Assembly (NCBI GenBank): GCA_963823035.1
Contig: CAWGKG010000007.1
Span: forward strand, 64,001-128,000
Origin: an uncultured Gemmatimonadales bacterium
GTDB lineage: Bacteria; Gemmatimonadota; Gemmatimonadetes; Longimicrobiales; Gaopeijiaceae
Length of the DNA stretch: 64,000 nucleotides
Direction of reading: 5' to 3'
Shown: piece by piece, positions 52,797 through 64,000 of the stretch
How the letters are laid out: each line of letters begins with the position of its first letter
Numbering within the stretch: the stretch's first letter is position 1
The notes under the pieces: generated by a model
Told to the model about the DNA's origin: nothing
Database searches by the model: none
Seen by the model: only the letters and a program-made list of their open reading frames with translations
Position numbers and translations under genes: made by a program

Positions 52797-53930
52797 CTAT
52801 GCCTTTGCGAGCTCGACGGCCTTCTCGACCACCTCGTCCATCGAGGTGAAGGCCGAGAAGCCGGCGTCAGCGAGGATCTGGATGCCCTTCTCTTCGTTCG
52901 TGCCGGTCAGACGGATCACGATGGGCAGCGAGATGTCGATGCTCTTCGTTGCGGTCACGATCCCGTTGGCGACGTCGTCGCAACGGGTGATCCCCCCGAA
53001 GATGTTGAAGAGGATGACCTTCACGTTCGGGTCGGCGGTGATGATCTCCAGCGCCGCCACGACCTTGTCCGGATTCGACGACCCCCCGATGTCGAGGAAG
53101 TTCGCCGGCTCGCCGCCGTAGTACTTCACCAGATCCATGGTCGCCATGGCCAGCCCGGCGCCGTTCACACAGCACCCCACGTCTCCGTCCAGCTTCACGA
53201 AGCTCAGCCCGGCGTCCCGCGCCTTCGTCTCGGCCGCGGGCTCGTCCGACGTGTCGCGCATCGCGGCGACTTCGGTGCGTCGGAACAACTCGCTGTCGTC
53301 GATGCTCATCTTGGCGTCGATCGCCTTGACCTGGCCCGCCTTCGTCGTGATGAGCGGGTTGATCTCGGCCATGGAGGCGCCGGAATCCACGAAGGCCCGG
53401 TAGAGCTGCATCATGACCTTGGAGGCCTGCTTCACGATCGCGGGGTCGTCGTAGAGCGCGTTCGCCAGCCACTGCGCCTGGTGGGGCAGCAGCCCGTAGC
53501 GCGGATCGACCGTCAGCTTGCGGATCGCCTCGGGACGGTTGGCCGCCACCTCCTCGATGTCCACGCCACCCTCGGCGGAGACCATGAAGGTGGGGGCCTG
53601 CGCCTTGCGGTCCATGAGCACCCCGACATAGGCCTCGCTGCCGATGTCCTCGGCCGGGGTGACGAGCACCTTGTCGACGGTGAGGCCCTTGATCTGCATG
53701 CCGAGGATCTTCGACGCGTGCTCGCGTGCCTCGGCGGGGCTGGACGCCAGCTTCACGCCGCCTGCCTTGCCGCGGCCGCCGGAGTGGACCTGGGCCTTCA
53801 CGACCACCTTCCCACCGAGCTTCGCGGCGAGCGCCTCCGCCTCGTCGGGCGTGCGCGCGACCTCTCCCGGGGGAACCGGGATTCCGGCGGCGCGGAAACG
53901 CTCCTTGGCCTGATATTCGTGGATGTTCAT
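52797..53930 (-). CDS. sucC: Succinyl-CoA synthetase beta subunit
   Basis: [53 protein letters not shown]. Confidence 0.97.
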   Translation of the reverse strand: MNIHEYQAKERFRAAGIPVPPGEVARTPDEAEALAAKLGGKVVVKAQVHSGGRGKAGGVKLASSPAEAREHASKILGMQIKGLTVDKVLVTPAEDIGSEAYVGVLMDRKAQAPTFMVSAEGGVDIEEVAANRPEAIRKLTVDPRYGLLPHQAQWLANALYDDPAIVKQASKVMMQLYRAFVDSGASMAEINPLITTKAGQVKAIDAKMSIDDSELFRRTEVAAMRDTSDEPAAETKARDAGLSFVKLDGDVGCCVNGAGLAMATMDLVKYYGGEPANFLDIGGSSNPDKVVAALEIITADPNVKVILFNIFGGITRCDDVANGIVTATKSIDISLPIVIRLTGTNEEKGIQILADAGFSAFTSMDEVVEKAVELAKA

Positions 53931-54013
53931 GCCGTTTCGGATTCCGTCCTCAGAGCCGGCGGTTGCTCTCGGGGGCCGTTGCGCCCGAGGGTGCCGGCGG
54001 GGTGAGACTCGTG

Positions 54014-54042
54014 AAGCTACCAGGCCCCCGAAGGGGGATCAA
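54014..54042 (-). promoter_or_regulatory. Putative sigma70 promoter of sucCD
   Basis: TTGATC-N17-TAGCTT overlapping the stop codon of the UPF0182 gene. Confidence 0.55.
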
Positions 54043-56799
54043 CGTCCCGCGCCCCCTGCCGTGCCGGCGAGCTGCTGGAGGAGCGAGCGCAGCTCATCGA
54101 GGGCCGCTCCGAAGCCCTGCCAGTCCCCCTCGCGGAGGCGCGCCTCGGCGCGTCCGAGCAGGTCGAGCGCGGCTTTCGGCCAGGCTCCCCCGCCCGCGGG
54201 CGCGGCTTGCCCAACCTGTCCGCTTGCCGCACCGCCCAGGTCGACGCCCGCGAGCGTGGCGATCGTCCCGGCGAGGCTCTCCTGCATCGAAACACGCCGT
54301 CCGTCGCTCACGACGAACCGACGCAGCTCGGGGATCGCGTCCGCCTCCGCCGCGAGGAACACCGGCTCCATGTAGAGGAGGCGGCCCCCGACGGGGATGA
54401 GGTGGAGGTGGCCCGTCCACACCTCGCTGCCGCCCGTGCGCCAGAGCGAGAACTGCTGCGAGATGATCGGGTCCTGCTCGACGAGCGCCTCGATCTGCCG
54501 GGGCCCGGGAACCTGGTCCTCCACGTGGACGTCGAGGAGCGTCAGGTGCGGTACGCCCGAATCGTCCGTGCGCCCGACCAGCACGCCCGTGAGGTTCTGG
54601 CGCCCGGCCGGCACGAACACCGTGGAGAGGTTGAAGGCGGGCCGGCTCTCCCCCGGGAGCGTCCAGATGCCGTACTCCGGCCGGTAGGCGACCGGGCTGG
54701 TGCCCTGGGCCAACTCGTTGGGGAGCGACCAGACGTCCTGCTGGCCATGGAACGCCGGCGCGGTCTCCTGGTGGTACTGCAGGAGGACGTCCGCCTGGAG
54801 GCTCAGCAGCGCGCTGGGGTAGCGCACGTGGGCCCGGATCTCGGCGGGCATGGCGTCGATCGGCTTGAACAACCCGGGAAGCGCCCGCCCGTAGGCGTCG
54901 GCCAGCGGGTCGCTGACCGGCACGCGGTAGAAGTCCACCTTCCCCGTCACCGCGTCCACGGTGACCTTCACGCTGTTGCGCACGTACGAGACGGAGCGGA
55001 GGGGCGCGAACTGGTGCGCCGACGACAGCGGGAAGGCGCGCGTGGCGGTGAATCCCTCGAGCACCCAGACGATGCGCCCGTCGGCCAGCACGGGATAGGG
55101 CGCCTCGGGGTAGCGCAGGAAGGGCGCGATGGCCTGCACCCTCTCCAGCACGCGCCGCCGGTACACGAAGCGGCTGTCGCGGGTCACCTCGCCGGCGAAG
55201 AGGAGGTTCGCGTCCCGGAACCGCCATGCCAGCGCCGCCTTGCGCAGCCACGAGCTCAGCTCGATGCCGCTTGGAAAGTCGACGCCGGCCACGCCGGCGG
55301 CGCCACCCGGAGCCACGAAGCGATCCGGCGTCGGGTTCACCACGGCATGGAGCTGCGGCCGCGAGCCGAAGAAGACCTCCGGGCGCGTGAGTCGAAGCTG
55401 GGGCAGCGTGGCCACGCGCCCGTTCAACTCCGGGCGGGATCCCCGAGAGGATCATCGGCGGCCGGCCTTCGGGCGTCCGGTCGGAAGCCATGCTCGCGAC
55501 GGCGCCCATCCCGGCGACGTAGCGCTCCCGGAGATGGAGGTTCTGCCAGTTCGGGTCCTGGATGCCCGCCGGGTCGATCTCGCGGACGGACAGGGCGACC
55601 GGGACGAGGCCCCCCGGGGACGCGTAGCGGTCGATCGTCACCTGCGAGAAGTCGTAGTACGGGAACCGCGCCTCCAGCTGGCGATACGCCGTCAGCAGCG
55701 CTCCCTGGCTCCACACGGGCAGCCCCGCGAACTGCTCCGCCGCGTAGGCCCAGTCGACCCCCTCGTCCGCCTGGTACGCGAAGCGGCGCCGCTCCAGCGA
55801 ATCGAGGCCGAAGCCCCGGCGCGTGAACTCCAGGTTGTGCTCGATGTACGGCGTCTCGCGCGCCAGCTCGTTGGGCTCCACCTGGAAGCGCTGGACGAGC
55901 GCGGGATAGAACTGTCCGATCAGGAGCGTGGCCAGCACCGTGGCGGCCGCGGCACCGACCATGAGCCGGCCACGGTTCTTCCACGCGCCCCAGAAGATCA
56001 CCCCACCCGCAGCCACGGAGATGACCGCGAGCGTCTGCATCGCGGGCAGGCGCGCCTGCGCGTCGGCGAAGCCGAAGATCCCCTGCACCTGCGAGGAGCC
56101 GCTCAGGAGGAGGATGGAGCGCCCCAGCCAGAGCCGCCCCGCGAGGAGGAGGAAGAAGACCGCGATCAGCGCCCCGAGGTGGATGCGGGGGAGCTCCTGC
56201 GCCATGACCCTTCCCCGACCCCAGCGCAGCGCGCCGGTGGCCGCGTACCCGGCCGTCGCCAGCGTGAAGAGGAGGAACACGACCACGAGGAGGAAGACGA
56301 TGGCGCTCCGCAGCATCGGCACCCAGAAGACGTAGAACGACACGTCCCTCCCGAGGATCGGCTCGGCGAGCCCCCACGGGACGCGATGCACCAGGAGGAG
56401 GGCCTGCAGCCCCACCGACGACGGGACCGCCGCCCCGAACCAGAGTCCGAGCAGGCAGGCGGCGCCGACCATCGTCCAGAACACGTAGCTGTGCGGCAGT
56501 TGCTCGGAGATCTCCAGGTTGGCGAAGCGGCGCTTGATCTGGATGCCACCCAGCGTGGTCGAGGCGATCTTGAGGTTGAAGTAGACCGCGAGCCCGACCG
56601 CCGCCCCGCCCAGGACGCGCCCGCCCCACTGCCACGCCACCCGACGCCAGAAGACGCCTTCGTAGCCGACGTGCACCTGCCAGAGGACCTCGGTGAAGGC
56701 CGTGGCCCAGAGCCGGCCGAGGGCGAGCAGCAGGCCCGCCACGAGCACCAGCGCGATCAGGAGTCGGCCGCCGCGGAGCGACGCGAGGAAGCCTTTCAT
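54039..56799 (-). CDS. UPF0182 family membrane protein; frameshift near 55430
   Basis: EP.LGRDVSFYVF, VEPNELARETPYIEHN..FTR.GFGL, APFLRY, YVRNSVKVTVDAVTG, GHL.LIP...LLYMEPVF. Confidence 0.9.
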
Positions 56800-56809
56800 C
56801 GACACGCGC

Positions 56810-58181
56810 CTACGGCTCTACGCCCTGGCTCCGGAGCCAGCCCTCCACTTCCGCCGCGGATCTCGTTGAGACGCGCCTGGGTGCGCGCCTCGAAGCGCGC
56901 GACGATCACCGGCTGCGTGTTGGACGAGCGGAGGAGGGCCCACCCGTCCCCGAAGAGGACGCGGACGCCGTCGACGTCGATCACGTCGTAGAGGGATCGG
57001 AAGTGCGCCACCGCGGCTTCGACCACGGTCCACTTCTGCTCCTCCGTGACGTCGATGCGGATCTCGGGCGTCGAGACATACGAGGGGAAGGCGGCCACCC
57101 GTTCGGAGAGCGGCCGGTCCGAGCGCGCCACCAGGTCGATGAACCGGCAGGCGTCGTAGAGGGCGTCGTCGAAGCCGAAGTAGCCGTCGGCGATCATGAT
57201 GTGACCCGACAGCTCGCCGGCCACCAGCGCGCCGATCTCCTTCATCTTCTTCTTGATGAGGGAGTGGCCCGTCTGCCACATCACCGGATCGCCCCCGGCC
57301 GCCTTGAACACCTCGGGAAGCGTCTGGGAGCACTTCACGTCGAAGACGAGCTTCTGCCCGGCTCCGCGCTTCTCGAGGAGGTCGAGGCCGAAGAGCAGGA
57401 GGATGATGTCGCCGCGGATGATGTTGCCGAGCTCGTCCACGACGCCCAGCCGGTCCGCGTCCCCGTCGAAGGCGACACCCAGGTCGTGGGGCTTCGAGCG
57501 CACGGTCGCGATCAGGTCGGCGAGGTTCTCGTCGACGGTCGGATCGGGATGGTGGTTCGGGAAGGTGCCGTCCGACTCGCAGAAGAGAGGCGTCACCTCG
57601 GCCCCCATCGCCTCGAGGAGCGGCACGGCCACCAGGGAGCCCGTCCCGTTCCCCGCGTCCGCGGCGACGCGCATGGGACGAGCCAGCTGGAAGCGGCCCG
57701 CCACGTCGGCCACGTAGCGGTCGAGGACGTCCGCCCGGTCGATGCCGCCGTCTCCGGAGGCCAGGTCCTTCTCCGCGATGCGGCGATAGAGCTCCTGGAT
57801 CTCGTCGCCGTACAGCGCGCCCCGCCCCAGCGACATCTTGATGCCGTTCCACTCGGGGGGGTTGTGCGAGCCCGTGATCTGGACGCCCGCGTCCGTCTCG
57901 AAGACCACCTCCGACCAGTACAGCACGGGCGTCGGCACCGTGCCGACGTCCAGGACGTCCGCGCCGGCGGCGCGCAGCCCGGCGGTGAGCCCCGCGGCGA
58001 GCTCCGGCGACGTCAGTCGGTTGTCGCCCCCCACGGCCACGCGCGGACGCGGCTTGCCCGTCCTGGCGCGCAGGTGCGAGCCGAACGCCCGTCCCACGGC
58101 CTCGGCGACCTCGGCGTCGAGGTCCGTGCCGACGATGCCCCGGATGTCGTACTGGCGAAAGATGTGCTTCGCTGGATTCAT
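56810..58181 (-). CDS. Phosphomannomutase/phosphoglucomutase; probable frameshift near the C-terminus, end approximate
   Basis: IFRQYDIRG, ITGSHNP, FPNHHPDP, FDGDADR, GELSGH, DGVRV, RSSNTQP. Confidence 0.93.
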
Positions 58182-58185
58182 GAGG

Positions 58186-59722
58186 TCAGGGGCCCATCCC
58201 GAGGAGGCCACCCCCGAGAGCGCCGAGGCCCTGAACCGAGGCGCGGGCGAAGTCCAGTGCCGACGAGGGGAAGATCCCCAGATAGAGGATGAGCGCCACG
58301 CTCGTCAACAGCGCCAACCGCATGGGCAACGGCGCGCGCACCAGGTCGTGCTGACCCACGGTGGCCGATTCACGCATCCACATGAACCATGCCACCCGGA
58401 GGTAGTACCAGTACGACAGCCACCGTGGTGAGCACCAGGATCACCGACAACGTCCACAGCTCGGAATCCGCCGCGCCCTGCAGGAGGTAGATCTTCCCCA
58501 TGAAGCCGCCCGTGCCCGGGAAGCCCGCGAGCGACAGGAGGAAGATCGTCAGGAAGACGCCGAGGACCGGGTTGGACCAGCCGAAGCCGGCGTAGTCCTC
58601 GATCTGCAGCCGCTCCTCACCCTGCTGCGCCACGCTGATGACGATCCCGAAGGCGCCGATGTTCATGAGCGTGTACACGAGCAGGTAGAAGAGCATCCCC
58701 GCCGCGGCGGTCTCGTTGGCGGCGGTGAGCGCGACCAGGAGATAGCCGGCGTGCGCGATGCTCGAGTAGGCGAGCATGCGCTTCACGTTCGACTGCACGA
58801 GCGCCATCAGGTTCGCGCCCACCATGGTGATGGCGGCCAGCCACCACAGGATCGGGTACCACAAGCCGTACACGCCGTCGAACGCGACCAGGAAGACGCG
58901 GAGGAAGGCGACGAACGCCGCCGCCTTCACCGCCGCGGACATGAAGGCGGTGACGGGCGCCGGGGCCCCTTCGTAGACGTCCGGCGTCCACATGTGGAAG
59001 GGCACCGCCGAGACCTTGAAGGCGAAGCCGACCGCCAGCAGCGCCACGCCGACGATGAGCAGCCCTGAGCTCGTGCCGGCCGAGACGCTCGCGCCGATCA
59101 CGGCGACGTTCGTGCTCCCGGTGGCGCCGTATACCAGGGCGATCCCGTAGAGGAAGAAGCCCGTGCTGAACGCGCCGAGGAGGAAGTACTTGAGACCCGC
59201 CTCGGCGGACTTGCGGTCGCGGCGGTTGAAGGCCGTGAGCGCATACACGGAGATCGACATCACCTCGAGGCCGAGGAAGATCACGATCAGGTCGCGGGCG
59301 CCGGCCATGAACATGGCGCCGGCCGTCGCCAACATGATGAGCGCGTAGAACTCGCCCACCTGCAGGTGCTGCCGGTGCACGTACGCGAAGGAGATCAGGA
59401 TCGCGAGCGCCGCCGCCAGCAGGAAGATCCAGTTGGCGAAGAGGCGGAAGGGGTCCAGCGCGATCATCCCGTCGGGGGACGCCTCGTGCACCCCATAGAG
59501 CCACCCGTTGAAGAACGCGGTCACCAGGATGCCCGCGAGCGCGAGCCAGCCGAGCCCGGCGCTCGACCCGAAGCTCGGGTCGCCCTTGTTCGGGTCTTCC
59601 CGGCCCGGGCGGTGGCGTCCGGAGACCCCGGCCACCAGGACGACCATGGCCCAGGCGCAGAGGACGATCTCCGGGAGGAGCGCCCAGAAATAGTGGAGGT
59701 TGCGGCTGAAATCGAGAGTCAT
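58186..59722 (-). CDS. nuoN: NADH-quinone oxidoreductase subunit N; frameshift near 58415
   Basis: EAGLKYFLLG, FKVSAVPFHMWTPDVYEGAP, KRMLAYSSIAHAGY, SLAGFP. Confidence 0.95.
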
Positions 59723-61341
59723 AGCGCTACTCTTCGCCGGCGTCGACCGCGTGCGTCGTCGGCGCCCTTGGTTTCGGTCGTGACGACCCCTTCCGGGGAC
59801 AGCTGCACCGCCTCGGACATCTCCGCCGCCGGGGCGGCCTCCTCCACGCGCTCCAGCACCGCCCGCACGCTGGGCTCCATCCGCGACAGGATCGGCGTGG
59901 GATTCCAGCCGATCACGATCATCAGCGCGCACAGCGGCGCGAGGATCGCCATCTCCCGCCCGGTGAGGTCCTTCATCTCCCGGTTCTCGGGCTTGTCCAG
60001 CTTGTTGAAGAAGACCTTCTGGAACATCGGCAGCATGTAGTACGCCGCGAAGATCACGCCCGTCCCGGCGATGATCGCCATCATGCGGTGGGTCTCGAAC
60101 GCGCCCAGGAGCGCCAGGAACTCACCGATGAAGCCGCTCGTGCCCGGCACGCCGATCGAGGCGAGCGCGGTGATCATGAAGGCCGTGGCGAACAGCGGCG
60201 TCACCCGGCCGATGCCCCCGAACGCAGCGATCTCACGCGTGTGGCGCCGCTCGTACAGCATCCCGAGCAGGAGGAACAGCGCCCCCGTGCTGATGCCGTG
60301 GGAGATCATGACGATGAGCCCGCCCTGCAACCCGTTCACCGTGAGCGCGAACACGCCCAGGATCACGAAGCCCATGTGGGCCACCGAGGTGTACGCGACC
60401 AGCTTCTTCGCGTCCGGTTGTACCGCGGCCACCCACGCCGTGTAGATGATCCCGATGACCGCCAGCGTCATCATGATCGCCACGACCGTCGGATGCTGGG
60501 CCGCGGCCGGGAAGAGCGGGAGGAGGAAGCGGAAGAAGCCGTAGGTGCCCATCTTCAGCAGCACCGCCGCCAGCACCACCGAACCCGGTGTGGGGGCCTC
60601 GACGTGTGCGTCCGGCAGCCAGGTGTGCAGCGGGAAGATCGGGACCTTGACGCTGAACGCGAGCGCGAAGGCGGCGAACAGCCAGAACTGCTCCGAGTGC
60701 GTCAGCGGGAGTTGCAGGAGGTCCGCGTAGGCGAACGTCGGGATCCCGAGCAGCGTCTTCGCCTTGAAGAACAGATAGAGGATCCCCACCAGCATCAGCA
60801 GCGAGCCGAATGCGGTGAAGAGGAAGAACTTGATGGCCGCGTAGATCCGCCGCTCGCCGCCCCACACGCCCACGATGAAGTACATCGGGACGAGGGTCAG
60901 CTCGAAGAAGACGTAGAAGAGGAAGAGGTCGGTCGCGCAGAAGACGCCGACCACGCCCGCCTCGAGGAGGAGCATCAGCGCGTAGAACGCCCGCTCCCGC
61001 TTCTTGATGTAGTTGAAGGAGCCCAGGATCGCGAGCGGCGTCGTGAAGGTGGTGAGCAGCACCATGAACAGGCTGATGCCGTCCACGCCCAGCGAGTAGC
61101 TCACCCCCCAACCGGGGATCCACGGGGTGCTGGTCTCGAGCTGCATCGAGCCCCGGCCGGGCTCGAAGGCCCACCAGAGCCCGAGGCTGAGCACGAACAC
61201 CACGAGCGACAACCAGAACGCCACGTGCTTGGCCCGCTTCTCGTCCGACCAGAGCACCAGGCCCATCGCGAGGATGGGGAGCCAGATGAGGGCGTGGAGC
61301 GCCCAGCCGGCGTAGCCGATCGAATCCACGAATGCGGTCAT
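59719..61341 (-). CDS. nuoM: NADH-quinone oxidoreductase subunit M
   Basis: LGVDGIS, KVPIFPLHTWLPDAHVEAP, LLKMGTYG, AYTSVAHMG, PGTSGFIGE. Confidence 0.96.
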   Translation of the reverse strand: MTAFVDSIGYAGWALHALIWLPILAMGLVLWSDEKRAKHVAFWLSLVVFVLSLGLWWAFEPGRGSMQLETSTPWIPGWGVSYSLGVDGISLFMVLLTTFTTPLAILGSFNYIKKRERAFYALMLLLEAGVVGVFCATDLFLFYVFFELTLVPMYFIVGVWGGERRIYAAIKFFLFTAFGSLLMLVGILYLFFKAKTLLGIPTFAYADLLQLPLTHSEQFWLFAAFALAFSVKVPIFPLHTWLPDAHVEAPTPGSVVLAAVLLKMGTYGFFRFLLPLFPAAAQHPTVVAIMMTLAVIGIIYTAWVAAVQPDAKKLVAYTSVAHMGFVILGVFALTVNGLQGGLIVMISHGISTGALFLLLGMLYERRHTREIAAFGGIGRVTPLFATAFMITALASIGVPGTSGFIGEFLALLGAFETHRMMAIIAGTGVIFAAYYMLPMFQKVFFNKLDKPENREMKDLTGREMAILAPLCALMIVIGWNPTPILSRMEPSVRAVLERVEEAAPAAEMSEAVQLSPEGVVTTETKGADDARGRRRRRVAL

Positions 61342-61350
61342 CGTCGGCTC

Positions 61351-63519
61351 CTAGAAGATCACGGCGCCCAGAATGACCAGGACGCCGAGTGTGAGGATGA
61401 AGGCGTAGGTATTCACCGTTCCCGTCTGGAAGAGGGAGCCGAACCACCCCACCCCGCGCGCCAGGTAGCCCACACCGTTCACGGTGCCGTCGATGACGCC
61501 CGCGTCGATCACCCGCCAGCAGAAGCGCGACGCGCGCACGATCGGCTGTACGATGATCGTGTCGTAGATCTCGTCCACGTACCACTTGTTGAACAGCACG
61601 CGTCCGAAGCCGGTCGGCTCCGGTGACGCGTCGGCGGGCACGATCTTCCAGCCGCCGACCACCCGCGCCGCGACGAAGACGATCACGAGCGCGATCACGG
61701 TCGAGATGAGCGCCCACGTCACCTCGCCACCGCCGAAGGGGGCGACCTCGGACAGCTCGCCGAGGTTGGCCTCCTGCACCGCGATCGCGGCCGCGCTGAC
61801 CGGGTGCAGCCACTCGTGCAGCCACTCCGACATCGGCAGCGCGCCGAAGCCGCCCATGAACGACTGCTGGATCCGCTCCGGGACGTTGATCCACCCGCCG
61901 AAGAGCGACAGAGCCGCGAGGATCGAGAGCGGGAGCCACATGACCGCCGGCGCCTCGTGCAGGTGTCGCTCCTCCTCGGCGCCGGTCCGGTTGGTGCCGT
62001 GGAAGGTCATGACCATGAGCCGCGTCATGTAGAAGGCGGTGAGCATGGCCGCGGCCAGCGCGATGATCCAGTAGAGCGTGTACAGCGTCGGGTAGGGCGC
62101 GCGCGCCGCGCCGCCGAACGCCCCCGCCTGCCAGATGATCTCGTCCTTCGAGAAGAAGCCCGCGAAGGGCCACACGCCGGAGATCGCCAGCGTCGCGATC
62201 CACATCACGATCCAGGTGATGGGCATGTGCTTCCGGAGGCCACCCATGTTGCGCATGTCCTGCGCGTCGGCGTGGCTGTGCGTGTGGTGCAGCGCGTGGT
62301 GCATCGAGTGGATGACCGCGCCCGAGCCGAGGAAGAGCAGCGCCTTGAAGAAGGCGTGCGTCATCAGGTGGAAGATGCCCGCCGAGTACGCCCCCACGCC
62401 CACGCCCACGAACATGTAGCCGAGCTGGGAGACGGTGGAGTAGGCCAGCACCTTCTTGATGTCGTACTGCTTGAGCGCGATCGTCGCCGCGAAGAGCGCC
62501 GTGAGCACGCCGATGCCCGCCACCGTGGCGCTCCCCACCGGGGAGAGCGCGAACAGCACGGAGGAGCGGGCCACCATGTACACGCCCGCCGTGACCATCG
62601 TGGCCGCGTGGATCAGGGCGGACACGGGGGTCGGGCCCGCCATGGCGTCCGGGAGCCAGATGTAGAGCGGGATCTGCGCGCTCTTGCCGGTCGCGCCCAG
62701 GAAGAAGAAGAGCGTGACGGCGGTGACCATCGGGCCGGCGTACGCCAGCTGCTCCTGGGCCCCGCCGAAGACCGGCGCGAAGTCGAGCGTGCCGAACACC
62801 GTGTACAGCAGGAACATCGCGACCAGGAAGCCGAAGTCCCCGATGCGGTTGACGATGAACGCCTTCTTGCCCGCGTCCGACTTCTCCTTGTCGCTGAACC
62901 AGAAGCCGATGAGGAGGTAGGAGCAGAGCCCGACGCCCTCCCACCCGACGAACATCAGCGGGTAGCTGGACGCCATCACCAGCGTGAGCATGAAGAAGAC
63001 GAAGAGGTTCAGGTACGCGAAGTACCTGGGGTAGCCCGGATCGTCCTTCATGTAGCCCACGCTGAACACGTGGATCAGGAAGCCCACACCGGACACGACC
63101 AGCATCATGATCATCGACAGCTGGTCGAGCTGGAGCGCCGCCGACACCGAGAAGGTGCCGGTGCTCATCCACGTCCAGTAGTGGATCACCACCGGCTCGT
63201 GCAGCTCCGCGCCGAGCATGCGCACGAAGTTCACGAGCGTGAGCGCGAAGGCCAGGCCGACCACGCCGGGGCCGATCCACGTGGGGAGCGTATGCGTCGC
63301 GGGGCGGCCCGTGGGGCCGTCGAGCTCGAGCTCGCCGCCGGCACGCACCGCGTTCGCGGAACGGCGTGCGTGCGAAAGCGCCAGCAGGCCGTTCAGCACG
63401 AACCCGAGCAGGGGGAGGAGCACCACCAGCCCGGGGAAGAACGGCTCGAAGCCGCCCCCTGCCCCGTGTGCCGCCTCCTGGACGCCCCGAATCAGGAACA
63501 TCGAAAGGGTCGGGTGCAT
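61351..63519 (-). CDS. nuoL: NADH-quinone oxidoreductase subunit L
   Basis: GWEGVGLCSYLLIGFW, KAFIVNRIGD, GKSAQIPL..WLPDAMAGPTPVSALIHAATMV, THAFFKALLF. Confidence 0.97.
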   Translation of the reverse strand: MHPTLSMFLIRGVQEAAHGAGGGFEPFFPGLVVLLPLLGFVLNGLLALSHARRSANAVRAGGELELDGPTGRPATHTLPTWIGPGVVGLAFALTLVNFVRMLGAELHEPVVIHYWTWMSTGTFSVSAALQLDQLSMIMMLVVSGVGFLIHVFSVGYMKDDPGYPRYFAYLNLFVFFMLTLVMASSYPLMFVGWEGVGLCSYLLIGFWFSDKEKSDAGKKAFIVNRIGDFGFLVAMFLLYTVFGTLDFAPVFGGAQEQLAYAGPMVTAVTLFFFLGATGKSAQIPLYIWLPDAMAGPTPVSALIHAATMVTAGVYMVARSSVLFALSPVGSATVAGIGVLTALFAATIALKQYDIKKVLAYSTVSQLGYMFVGVGVGAYSAGIFHLMTHAFFKALLFLGSGAVIHSMHHALHHTHSHADAQDMRNMGGLRKHMPITWIVMWIATLAISGVWPFAGFFSKDEIIWQAGAFGGAARAPYPTLYTLYWIIALAAAMLTAFYMTRLMVMTFHGTNRTGAEEERHLHEAPAVMWLPLSILAALSLFGGWINVPERIQQSFMGGFGALPMSEWLHEWLHPVSAAAIAVQEANLGELSEVAPFGGGEVTWALISTVIALVIVFVAARVVGGWKIVPADASPEPTGFGRVLFNKWYVDEIYDTIIVQPIVRASRFCWRVIDAGVIDGTVNGVGYLARGVGWFGSLFQTGTVNTYAFILTLGVLVILGAVIF

Positions 63520-63523
63520 GCCC

Positions 63524-63817
63524 TTACCACTTCAACAGGTTGAAGTTGTCCACGTTGACCGTCTCGTAGTGGCGGAAGATCGAGATGATGATCGCCAGCC
63601 CGACGGCGGCCTCCGCGGCCGCCACGGTCATCACGAAGAACACGAAGACCTGCCCGTCGATGCCCCACAGCCGCGACAGCGCGACGAACGCCAGGTTCAC
63701 CGCGTTCAGCTGCAGCTCGATGCACAGGAACATGATGATCGCGTTGCGCCGGACGAGGACGCCGAACGTCCCGATCACGAAGAGGATGGCGCTCAGGATC
63801 ATGGACTCCGAGATCAT
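63524..63817 (-). CDS. nuoK: NADH-quinone oxidoreductase subunit K
   Basis: [31 protein letters not shown]. Confidence 0.96.
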   Translation of the reverse strand: MISESMILSAILFVIGTFGVLVRRNAIIMFLCIELQLNAVNLAFVALSRLWGIDGQVFVFFVMTVAAAEAAVGLAIIISIFRHYETVNVDNFNLLKW

Positions 63818-64000
63818 GGCCGAACCCTCCGCTTCGCGAGGACCAGGGCGCCTACGATCGCCACCAGCAACAGAATGCCCGTGATCTCGAAGGGAACCAC
63901 GTAGGTCGTGAAGAGCGGCTGGGCGATCGCACCGACCGCGCCATATTCGCGGATGGCCGCATCGATGTCCCTACCCCCGGTCATGGACGCCGCGTCGAGT
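63814..64000 (-). CDS. nuoJ: NADH-quinone oxidoreductase subunit J (partial, C-terminus)
   Basis: Manual translation ...[42 protein letters not shown] overlap with nuoK. Confidence 0.9.
   Translation of the reverse strand, partial: LDAASMTGGRDIDAAIREYGAVGAIAQPLFTTYVVPFEITGILLLVAIVGALVLAKRRVRP

Overview
High-GC (roughly 70%+) bacterial chromosomal core region. Gene content and protein style (PadR/ADOP permease pair, Ig-domain lipoproteins, UPF0182, long OstA-like protein) suggest Gemmatimonadota/Longimicrobiales; this is an inference. Left part: partial iorA, a TPR lipoprotein, an EutB-like dehydratase, an Ig-domain metallopeptidase, ggt-DUF423-cobB, MFS-Crp and a YfgM-like TPR gene. A clear XerCD dif-type site (ACTTCGTATAA-TATGTA-TTATGTTAAGT) lies at 11714-11741, and 44 of the 49 genes I call to its right point toward it. 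Next comes a ~19 kb minus-strand envelope cluster (kdsB-pyrG-kdsA-kdsC-kdsD-lptC-ostA-lptB-rpoN-GT2-wecB-GT4-yfhO-flippase-ppm-MTase-CYTH-rlpA), headed by adjacent sigma70 and sigma54 promoter motifs. It is followed by trpG, a Cys-rich hypothetical gene with znuACB, padR-ADOP, nadE, ctpA, xerD-dedA-ispF, the fab/plsX/rpmF cluster, ndk, a CBS protein, sucCD, UPF0182, pmm and nuoJ-N. About 19 genes, several essential, carry single-base frameshifts that look like uncorrected long-read errors. The most notable unexplained signals are a 60-nt AT-rich synonymous-codon patch in the CYTH gene about 700 bp from dif, a perfect 27-bp REP-like palindrome, an N-terminally extended LptB and probable CTG start codons. 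I saw no rRNA, tRNA, CRISPR array, transposase or prophage.
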